Source: Halorhodospira halophila SL1 (GTDB lineage Bacteria; Pseudomonadota; Gammaproteobacteria; Nitrococcales; Halorhodospiraceae). Taken from it: a DNA stretch of 32,000 nt. Below, one piece after another: positions 15,801 to 21,939 of the stretch; position 1 is the stretch's first letter; each line of letters starts with the position of its first letter. The stretch covers positions 1,140,001 to 1,172,000 of the forward strand of contig NC_008789.1 of NCBI RefSeq assembly GCF_000015585.1, given 5' to 3'. The notes under the pieces were generated by a model. That model was not told where the DNA came from. It did no database searches and saw nothing but the letters and a program-made list of their open reading frames with translations. The position numbers and the translations under genes are program-made.

Positions 15801-16357
15801 CCGCCTTCGGCAGCGCCACCGAGATCGACCACCCCGACGAGCTTGAGGCCGGCGCCGATCAGATCGTCTGGGCCACCGCCCGCGAACCGGCGTTCGAGCC
15901 GCGTCGCCCGCAGGACACCGCAGTCATCAGCGCCGACATGGTGGACCTGGTGCGCCGCTACGGCGACGGCGAGATCGCCCCCGACGGCCCGAGCCTGCCC
16001 CTGGCGGCCGTCGACCGGATCCTGGTGGTGGGCGGCACCGGCCTGCTGTCCGGCTTCCAGCGGGCGCTGGCCGATGGCCTTTCCGGCTACTTTCCGGACC
16101 ACCTGGAGGCGGTCGGCACCGTAGGCAGTCCCATGCAGTGCATGCTCAAGGGCGTCTGCGCCCAGTGCCTGCAGTGGCAGCTCGATCCGGAGACCGGCGA
16201 ACGGACCCGGGCCGTCTTCTCGTGCGCTGAGCAGGATCAGCCACTGGGCTGGATCGACCTCGGTAACCTGGCTGCACGGCAGCAGCAGAACCGCCTGCTC
16301 GACCGGCTCACCGCCGCCTGGGTGGAGCGCCTGCTGCGGCGACAGGCAGCGGATTGA
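12860..16357 (+). CDS. Fused flavo-iron-sulfur oxidoreductase: unassigned N-terminal domain + GltD/NfnB-like module + PyrK/NfnA (FNR-like, 2Fe-2S) module
   Basis: 1165 aa. ATG 12860 overlaps the upstream stop (ATGA), with GGAG 8 nt upstream. Cys cluster C250-x2-C-x7-C...C288-P...C328-x2-C-x3-C (nt 13607-13864). Dinucleotide folds VLIAGQGPAG and VVIGGGLTAVD. GD motif FIGDTHPTFAGSVVQAIASAR. C-terminal RFRPGQFFRL / LVLMGPTGAP / ILVVGGTG, then PMQCMLKGVCAQC...FSC. Confidence 0.85.
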   Translation: MTEDPVALDGLRYADLQHRAGLLELDRRFLERLEAAAPELAAKLRTRRDPAAGPTLSNRHLGEWLIATAPYLEAFLAEAFDIQEPLQDVRDALTRDAEVMAFRRDWIQKRARRRQIPDYTSFTELDTWLDEALEARGLNRRDRELAVARLAGQYAAETDTEVERERLLDWCAAALHTAPGQAAVAGWAAFRLPQRVDHAHLVELESEATGPRGQPVRFHAPRARWRNRDGFELTDARAPQRQVSAEAHYCIYCHDHEGDFCSRGFPEKKGDPELGYKADPLGVQLTGCPLEERISEMNRLYRDGHPLAALAVAMVDNPMVPATGHRICNDCMKACIYQKQDPVDIPQIETRTLTDVLGLPYGVELYHLLARWNPLRADQYLPAEENGRRVLIAGQGPAGFTMAHHLTMAGCTVVAVDGLKIEPLPREWLDGPIRDWSRVWEPLETRTLYGFGGVAEYGITNRWDKNFLKLIYLTLARRERYAVHGGVRLGGTLTLEDAWALGFDHVCMATGAGYPRVLDVGNSLARGMRQANDFLMALQLTGAGKSESIANLQVRMPAVVIGGGLTAVDTATEVQAHYIAQVEKVLDHYEALDAEGTGFGTELGAEDQAILDEFLAHGRAVRAERERARAAGEAPQFAPLLQAWGGVTIAYRKGLTASPAYVRNHEELSRALEEGILYAEGLEPLHVRLDEHEHVQSVVFRRMRHDGGRWYATGRETELTARSIFVAAGTVPNTIYAHEYPGSLQLQGIHYRPYGYRRKGLQPIAAGEHCKAPEVGPFTSYQSAGRTVSFIGDTHPTFAGSVVQAIASARRSYPQVLAALGGLPMQPGRKARAFLDNLAARLTPRVVSVEQPSPAVAEIWVRAPLAAARFRPGQFFRLQTLETHSPVIEGTRLQVPLMTVSGTGIDGDCIRLMLLQWGAAPRIAAHLQPGDPLVLMGPTGAPTEIPEDRTVMVVAGRWGAAVMHDIGSALREAGNRVLYIAAFGSATEIDHPDELEAGADQIVWATAREPAFEPRRPQDTAVISADMVDLVRRYGDGEIAPDGPSLPLAAVDRILVVGGTGLLSGFQRALADGLSGYFPDHLEAVGTVGSPMQCMLKGVCAQCLQWQLDPETGERTRAVFSCAEQDQPLGWIDLGNLAARQQQNRLLDRLTAAWVERLLRRQAAD

Positions 16358-16410
16358 TATGCAATACTCCGGATATCAGGCTCGCAACCCGATCCCAAGG
16401 AGGAGACGCA

Positions 16411-16602
16411 ATGGACGTAAGCAGGAACATGGGCACCGTGGATCGCGCCATCCGTGCCATCGTGGGCATCTGCCTGATCGCCCTAGCCTTCATCGGTCCG
16501 CAGACCGCCTGGGGGTGGATCGGCCTGATCCCGCTGGCGACCGCCGTTGTCGGGGTCTGCCCGGCCTACATCCCGCTGGGTCTGAAGACCTGCGCCAAGT
16601 AG
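16411..16602 (+). CDS. DUF2892 (YgaP C-terminal-like) small two-helix membrane protein
   Basis: ATG 16411, 5 nt after a strong SD AAGGAGGAG (16397-16405); 63 aa. NMGTVDRAIRAIVGICLIALAF...GWIGLIPLATAVVGVCPAY is the DUF2892 pattern. Confidence 0.7.
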   Translation: MDVSRNMGTVDRAIRAIVGICLIALAFIGPQTAWGWIGLIPLATAVVGVCPAYIPLGLKTCAK

Positions 16603-16612
16603 CGCGAGCCGC

Positions 16613-17260
16613 TCAGGAACGAACACCGAGCCGGCGGACCGCCTCGCGCACGGCGGTTTCGCCGGATACGGCATCCAGTGTGCGCCGCGACGCCGCCTCA
16701 GCGTCGATCAGGGCCGCCAACAGCGCGGCCACGTCGTCCCGCGGGATCTCGCCGTAGGGCAGCCCCTCACCGAGGCTCACCTTGCCTCGCGCCCGCTCGT
16801 TGAGCAGCCGCCCCGGCCGCAGGATGGTCCAGTCCATGGCCGTATTGCGCAGGCGTTCATCGGCTTCGCGCTTGGCATCCAGATACGGCCGCAGCCGCTC
16901 CGGGGCCTCTTCCGGACACTCGGTGCGCATCGATGAGACCATCAGGAAGCGATCCACTCCGGCCGCCTCGGCCAAGTCGATGATCCGCAGCGCCCCGCGG
17001 CGGTCCACCGCCTCGGTCTTATCGGTACCGGTATGGGGCCCCGAGCCGGCCGTGAAGACCACGGCGTTGGTGCCGCGGACCGCCTGGCTGCAGTCGCGCT
17101 CCAGATCCGCCACCACCGTCTCGGTGGCCCCAGCAGCCGCCAGGGCCGGCTGCTGGTCCGGGTCGCGGACCATGGCCCGCACCTCGTGACGGCTCGGCGC
17201 GAGCCGCTCCACCAGCCGCCGTCCCACCTGCCCGTGGGCCCCGATGATCAGCACCCGCAT
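16613..17260 (-). CDS. NAD(P)H-binding atypical SDR (NmrA/YwnB-like) oxidoreductase
   Basis: 215 aa. N-terminal Rossmann motif MRVLIIGAHGQVGRRLVERL. ATG 17260 is preceded by GGAGGG with a 6-nt spacer. Confidence 0.85.
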   Translation of the reverse strand: MRVLIIGAHGQVGRRLVERLAPSRHEVRAMVRDPDQQPALAAAGATETVVADLERDCSQAVRGTNAVVFTAGSGPHTGTDKTEAVDRRGALRIIDLAEAAGVDRFLMVSSMRTECPEEAPERLRPYLDAKREADERLRNTAMDWTILRPGRLLNERARGKVSLGEGLPYGEIPRDDVAALLAALIDAEAASRRTLDAVSGETAVREAVRRLGVRS

Positions 17261-17293
17261 GCTCTGCCCTCCGCTCCGATGGCCTGTTCCAAC

Positions 17294-18955
17294 CTAGCCT
17301 ACGCCGTCGGCGTTGAAACGGACACCGCGCAGGCGGTTGAGCGCAGCCATGACCTCGATCGTCCGCGGGCGGGCCAGATCGCCGTCGGGACGGGGCAGCA
17401 GTTGTGCCCAGTGGCGCGTCAGCAGTTCGGCTACCCACGCCGGCGGATCCTCGACCCGGCCGCTGTCGGCGAGCCGCTCGAGCAGCAGGCCGATGGCCCG
17501 CACCTGGGCCGCATCGGCGATCTGCTCCACGGCGCGCAGGTCGATGGCCTCGCGGCCCACCAGGAGGGTATCCCGGCCCCGGCCCTGAACCTTGCGCTTA
17601 CCGGGCTTGGTTTCGGTGCGCACCGTCCGCCCGTCCACGGCCCGCATGGCCGGCCAGGACAGCGGCGAACGGATTTCGGCGTGGCGCCCGGTGGCGTACT
17701 CGGTCGCCACGCGGCGCGCCTCGGCGGTGACGTCCGCCGGGCGGTAGTCCTGCATCTGGATCACCGTATCGGCGCTATCCAGATAGTCGCCGGAGCCCCC
17801 CATCACCAGCAGGGTCGAGACCCCGTACCGGTCACGCAGCTCGGCGATGCGATCCACCAGCGGGGTGATCGGCTCGGCGTCTCGGGCTACCAGGGCCTGC
17901 ATGCGCCGATCGCGGATCATGAAGTTGGTGGCCGAGGTGTCCTCGTCGACCAGCAGGGTCCGCGAGCCCGCCTCCAGCGCCTCCTGCAGGGCCGCCGCCT
18001 GGCTGGTGGAGCCGGAGGCCAGATCGGTAGAAAAAGCGGTCGTGGACTTGCCGAAGGGGAGCTCGCCGATATAGGGGGAGAGATCCACGGCGTGCACGGC
18101 CCGACCATCCTCGGCGCGGATCTTGGCCGCGTCCTCAAGGCTGACCACACCGTCACGCCCGTCCCCCGGCCTGTGGTCGTAGACACCGAGTTCCAGGGCG
18201 TTGAGCAGGGTCGACTTGCCGTGGAAGCCACCCCCGACAATCAGGGTGATCCCGCGCGGGATCCCCATGCCGGAGATCGAGCCGGCGTTCGGCGCCTCCA
18301 GCGTCACCCGCAACGAATCGGGGCTGTCGAAGGGGATGGCGTCCGCCAAGGGCCGGTCGTCCACGCCGGAGCGCCGCGGCAGCACGGCCCCATCGGCGAC
18401 AAAGGCGACCAGACCACGCTCGGCAAGCTGTCCGCGCAGGGCGTGCTGGTCCTCCACCGCCGCGCAGTGGCGCTCCAGCGCGGCGGCATCCAGCCGCTGC
18501 GCCTCGGTAGCCCCGGCGACGATCCGCGGCAGCTTCCGGCAGAGGATCTCGGCGGCCTGGCGCCCGAGGATGGTCCGCCCCCGGGCCGGCAAGGCAACGG
18601 TGAAGCGCAGCTCGACCCCGGCATCGGTGAACAGCACGGCGCTGCGATCGAGCACCGTCTGCGCGCCGGCATCGATGCGCACCGCCTGCTCACCGTCTGC
18701 TTCGTTCGCGAAGGCCCGCGCGATATAGTCGCGCGCCGCGCGGCGCCGGGGCTCTCCGGCCAGGGCCGGCTCCGGTAAGGCGACCTGTTGCCACGGTACG
18801 ACGGCCCGCATCCGCGAGGGAGCGGCGAAGGGGTCAGCCTGGACCTTGTCGACGCACAGGGTGAAACCAGGGAACGCGTGGCGGCCCTGGATGTCCTTGT
18901 ACGCCTTGTAGCCTCGACCGTCGAGGCGCTGGAGGAGCGTCTGCAGCTGTTCCAT
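17294..18955 (-). CDS. ABC-class ATPase domain protein (uncharacterised 'predicted ATPase of the ABC class' family)
   Basis: ATG 18955 (MEQLQTLLQRLDGRGYKAYKDIQG...) inside track ORF 17294..19072; 553 aa. Walker A is IVGGGFHGKSTLLNAL and Walker B is TLLVDEDTSATNF. No transmembrane partner is adjacent. Confidence 0.8.
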   Translation of the reverse strand: MEQLQTLLQRLDGRGYKAYKDIQGRHAFPGFTLCVDKVQADPFAAPSRMRAVVPWQQVALPEPALAGEPRRRAARDYIARAFANEADGEQAVRIDAGAQTVLDRSAVLFTDAGVELRFTVALPARGRTILGRQAAEILCRKLPRIVAGATEAQRLDAAALERHCAAVEDQHALRGQLAERGLVAFVADGAVLPRRSGVDDRPLADAIPFDSPDSLRVTLEAPNAGSISGMGIPRGITLIVGGGFHGKSTLLNALELGVYDHRPGDGRDGVVSLEDAAKIRAEDGRAVHAVDLSPYIGELPFGKSTTAFSTDLASGSTSQAAALQEALEAGSRTLLVDEDTSATNFMIRDRRMQALVARDAEPITPLVDRIAELRDRYGVSTLLVMGGSGDYLDSADTVIQMQDYRPADVTAEARRVATEYATGRHAEIRSPLSWPAMRAVDGRTVRTETKPGKRKVQGRGRDTLLVGREAIDLRAVEQIADAAQVRAIGLLLERLADSGRVEDPPAWVAELLTRHWAQLLPRPDGDLARPRTIEVMAALNRLRGVRFNADGVG

Positions 18956-19008
18956 GGCGGCACACGGTAGCCGAGGCCGACCGCCCCGGCCAAGGGCCTG
19001 GGCCCGGC

Positions 19009-20445
19009 TCAGCCGCGCACGTCGCCGCGATCCTCGCCGATGGCCAGGGCGCCGAGCCGCTGCAGCGCCCACTCTGTCGCCGGCACGTCGGCCTGGGCGC
19101 AGTTGAGCCGCAGGCAGCGTCCGTACCGGCCGGTGGGCGAGAAGACGGGACCGGGGGCGATGCTGATTCCCTCGGCCAGGGCGCGGCGCTGCAGCTCCAG
19201 GCTATCGCAGCCGGCCGGGAGCTCCACCCACACCACGAAACCGCCCCGCGGCCGCGTCACCCGGGTGCCCTCCGGGAAGTGGCGGCGTACCAGGCCGGCC
19301 ACCCAGCGCACATGCCGCTCGTAGTTGCGCCGGGCCCGGCGCAGGAAGCGGTCGTAGCCGCCCTGCTCCAGGTAGTCGGCCACCGCCAACGAACTCAGGG
19401 TACAAGTGGCCTGACTGGTCGCGTACTTGAGATAGACCAGGCGGTCCCGGTAACGGCCCGGCGCGACCCAGCCGACCCGCAGCCCGGCACCGAGGACCTT
19501 GGAAAAGGAACTGCAGTAGAGCACCTCGCCGTGGGCGTCGAAGGCCTTCGCTGCCCACGGCCGGGTACCGTCGAAGGCCAGCTCACCGTAGACATCGTCC
19601 TCGATTAAGGGCACGCCGTGGGCGCTGAGCACCCCCACCAGCTCCTGCTTGCGCGACTCCGGGGTGGCGTGCCCCAACGGATTGCCGAAGGTGGGCATCA
19701 GCACACAGGCGCGGATCGACCAACGCGACAGGGCCCGTTCCAGCGCCTCGGGGATCATCCCGGAATGCGGGTCCGTGGCCACCTCCAGGGCCTGCATGCC
19801 CTGGGACTCGATGGCCTGAAGGATGCCGTAGAAGGTCGGCGACTCGATGGCCACCACGTCGCCGGGCTCGGCCACGGCGCGCAGGCTCAGGGTGATCGCT
19901 TCCTGGCACCCGGCGGTGAGCACGATGTCGTCCGGAGACAGGCTGCAGCCGGCGTAGGCCATGCGGCGGGCGATCTGGGTGCGCAGCTCGGCACACCCCG
20001 GCGGGAAGTCGTAGGCATTGACCCGCTCGCGCTGGCGGCGACGCACCCGGGCGAAGCTGCGGTCCATGGCCGCGGCCGGGAGGAACGCCGCCGGCGCTGC
20101 GGCCGCCCCCAGCGAGACCACATCCGGCTCGTGGTGGGCGCGCACCAGGTCGAGGACGCGCTCCTGGCCGAGCACCAGACTCGGCGCATCCACCTCGTCC
20201 ACTTGCTCGCTGGGGGCTGCGCTCGCTGTCGCCCGTTCGCGGACGAAGAACCCCGAGCGGGGTCGGGCCTCGAGGACCTCGCGCTGCTCAAGGAGTTCGC
20301 AGGCGGCGACGATGGTGGCCATGCTCACCCCGAAGTGCCGGCGCAGACGCCGCAGTCCGGGCAGACGATCCCCGGGCGCGTAGACGCCCTGCTCGATCTG
20401 ATGAGCCAGCGTCTCGGCCACCCGTTCGTAGAGTGGTGTAGTCAT
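19009..20445 (-). CDS. MocR-family regulator (GntR winged-HTH fused to a PLP aminotransferase-like domain)
   Basis: 478 aa. N-terminal LYERVAETLAHQIEQGVYAPGDRLPGLRRLRRHFGVSMATIVAACELLEQREVLEARPRSGFFV is a GntR HTH. It is followed by a class-I aminotransferase fold with SSFSKVLGAGLRVGW (PLP-Lys motif). Confidence 0.9.
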   Translation of the reverse strand: MTTPLYERVAETLAHQIEQGVYAPGDRLPGLRRLRRHFGVSMATIVAACELLEQREVLEARPRSGFFVRERATASAAPSEQVDEVDAPSLVLGQERVLDLVRAHHEPDVVSLGAAAAPAAFLPAAAMDRSFARVRRRQRERVNAYDFPPGCAELRTQIARRMAYAGCSLSPDDIVLTAGCQEAITLSLRAVAEPGDVVAIESPTFYGILQAIESQGMQALEVATDPHSGMIPEALERALSRWSIRACVLMPTFGNPLGHATPESRKQELVGVLSAHGVPLIEDDVYGELAFDGTRPWAAKAFDAHGEVLYCSSFSKVLGAGLRVGWVAPGRYRDRLVYLKYATSQATCTLSSLAVADYLEQGGYDRFLRRARRNYERHVRWVAGLVRRHFPEGTRVTRPRGGFVVWVELPAGCDSLELQRRALAEGISIAPGPVFSPTGRYGRCLRLNCAQADVPATEWALQRLGALAIGEDRGDVRG

Positions 20446-20465
20446 GGGGACCCAGTCTACCGCAA

Positions 20466-20519
20466 CTGTACCGGTTCATAATGTCGGAAACTGCTTCTGT
20501 ATCGGGCCGTCGATTACAG
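20466..20519. promoter_or_regulatory. Candidate MocR operator: CTGTAYCGG direct repeats plus an inverted CTGTA half-site
   Basis: CTGTACCGG at 20466-20474 and CTGTATCGG at 20497-20505 (31 bp start to start). CGATTACAG at 20511-20519 is the reverse complement CTGTAATCG. All lie in the 118-bp mocR/GSMT divergent gap. Confidence 0.35.
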
Positions 20520-20563
20520 TGATGATAGTCGTCGATCCCGAGAAGCAACGCAGGAATGGAATA

Positions 20564-21340
20564 ATGTCGCAGGCCCTTAACGCCGAAGCAGGCTGGCAGT
20601 ACGAGCAGTATACCCCCGGTTTTGCCGACTACTGGGACGACCTGGTGGGTTGGGAGACCCGCCTGGCCCGCGAAGGCGCTTTCTACAACCGCTTGGTGGG
20701 CGCCCACGGCGCCAAGAAGGTCATCGACCTGGCGACCGGAACCGGTGTCAACGCTGTCTCTCTGGCCAAGGCCGGCTTCGACGTGACCGCCGTCGACGGC
20801 TCCGAGAACATGCTGATCAAGGCCCGCGAGAACGCCGAGAAGTACGGCGTCAAGTTCGCCGACAGCCGGGCGGTCGATTGGCTGGAGCTCGACCAGGTCA
20901 TGGGCACGGAGCAGTACGACGCTGCGGTGTGCCTAGGCAACTCCTTCACCCACCTGTTCGACCACGAGGATCGCCGCACCGCACTGCTGGCGATGTACCG
21001 CGTGCTGCGTCCGGGCGGGATGCTGATCATCGATCAGCGCAACTACGACGACATGCTCGACAACGGCTACAGCTCCAAGCACACCTACTGCTACACGGGT
21101 GAGGGCGTGGATGTCGGCCCGGCCGAGTTACACCGCACCATGGCGCGCTTCCAGTACGTCTTTGCCGACGGAGCCACCTTCCAGCTGAAGATGTACCCGC
21201 TGCGCCAGGACTACCTGACGCACCTGCTCGAGGACGCCGGCTTCATCAACGTCGAGCGCTACGGCGATCTGCAGAAGCCGTACTACCGCAACGACGTGGA
21301 CTTCATCCAGCAGGTGGCCTACCGCCCGCTGGAGTCCTGA
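20564..21340 (+). CDS. Glycine/sarcosine N-methyltransferase-like (GNMT/GSMT family) SAM-dependent methyltransferase
   Basis: ATG 20564 inside track ORF 20444..21340; 258 aa. SAM motif VIDLATGTGVNAVSLAKAGFDVTAVDGSENML. GNMT/GSMT hallmarks CLGNSFTHLFD and MLIIDQRNYDDMLDNGY. C-terminal FQLKMYPLRQDYLTHLLEDAGF. Confidence 0.85.
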   Translation: MSQALNAEAGWQYEQYTPGFADYWDDLVGWETRLAREGAFYNRLVGAHGAKKVIDLATGTGVNAVSLAKAGFDVTAVDGSENMLIKARENAEKYGVKFADSRAVDWLELDQVMGTEQYDAAVCLGNSFTHLFDHEDRRTALLAMYRVLRPGGMLIIDQRNYDDMLDNGYSSKHTYCYTGEGVDVGPAELHRTMARFQYVFADGATFQLKMYPLRQDYLTHLLEDAGFINVERYGDLQKPYYRNDVDFIQQVAYRPLES

Positions 21341-21376
21341 GGCCACCCGGCGCCCCAGGCGCACGGGCAGGACGAC

Positions 21377-21408
21377 GCGGCCCCTCGACCAGGGGCCGCG
21401 TTTTTTTT
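21377..21408 (+). terminator. Rho-independent terminator of the GSMT-like gene
   Basis: Perfect 9-bp stem GCGGCCCCT (21377-21385) / AGGGGCCGC (21391-21399), loop CGACC, then G plus T8 (21401-21408), 37 nt after the stop. Confidence 0.9.
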
Positions 21409-21524
21409 GCCCACCCTCCGCCACCAGTGCATAACCGCACCGCGGCTGCCTTGAAGCCCGCACTCCGGGCGCATAGCTTCCAATCATGGCGGTCCCCCCC
21501 CGGGGACGGGAGAGGAGGTGGATC

Positions 21525-21881
21525 ATGAATCGGCGACAGAAGCGAGCAGAAGAGGCGCGGCGCACGATCCTGGAGTCGGGGGATCGGGAGCTGATCAATC
21601 GGCTGCACCTGATGGAGGCCAGTCAGGCCCGCTCGGGGCGGGGCGGGCGTGGGCCCGGGCTGCTGGGCACTGCGGCCGCCGTCGGCGGCGGTGCCTACCT
21701 GGGCACCCTACTCGCCGGGATGACCCTCAACGCCGAGATGCAGCGGGCCTTCGCGGCCGTCGCTGAGGATATGGGCGTCAGCCCGGGCGATCTCGGCCTC
21801 AGCCCCGCCGCCATGGAGGGCGACGTCGGCGCTGACGACGGCGGGCTATTCGACGATTTCGGCGGCTTCTTCGATCTCTGA
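21525..21881 (+). CDS. Small hypothetical protein: basic N-terminus, glycine-zipper hydrophobic segment, acidic Gly/Phe-rich C-terminus
   Basis: ATG 21525 is preceded by GGGAGAGGAGG; 118 aa. Contains GLLGTAAAVGGGAYLGTLLAGM (GxxxG-type helix) and a C-terminal DDGGLFDDFGGFFDL. GC3-rich, but I recognise no family. Confidence 0.5.
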   Translation: MNRRQKRAEEARRTILESGDRELINRLHLMEASQARSGRGGRGPGLLGTAAAVGGGAYLGTLLAGMTLNAEMQRAFAAVAEDMGVSPGDLGLSPAAMEGDVGADDGGLFDDFGGFFDL

Positions 21882-21925
21882 CCCCCCCCCCGGCGGGCGT
21901 CGTGCCCGCCGGGGGGGGGGGGGGG
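21882..21925. terminator. 17-bp all-GC hairpin built from C10 and G15 homopolymers between convergent genes (possible bidirectional terminator)
   Basis: C10+GGCGGGC (21882-21898) pairs perfectly with GCCCGCC+G10 (21904-21920). The loop is GTCGT, and 5 extra G follow to 21925. There is no U-tract on either strand. Confidence 0.55.
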
Positions 21926-21939
21926 CGGCGACCGGCGGG

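Noticed and set aside
16354-16410. TTG start at 16354 extending the DUF2892 ORF, and the inverted repeat TGATAT-N12-ATATCA (16355-16378).
   Set aside because: The strong AAGGAGGAG SD sits 5 nt before ATG 16411, and the family's conserved GxxDRxxR motif lies right after it. The extension adds non-conserved residues. The 6-bp inverted repeat is too short to call a site on its own.
21486-21524. Upstream ATG 21486 as the start of the small ORF.
   Set aside because: No SD precedes it, whereas GGGAGAGGAGG lies directly upstream of ATG 21525. The possibility is kept only as a caveat in the poly-C finding.
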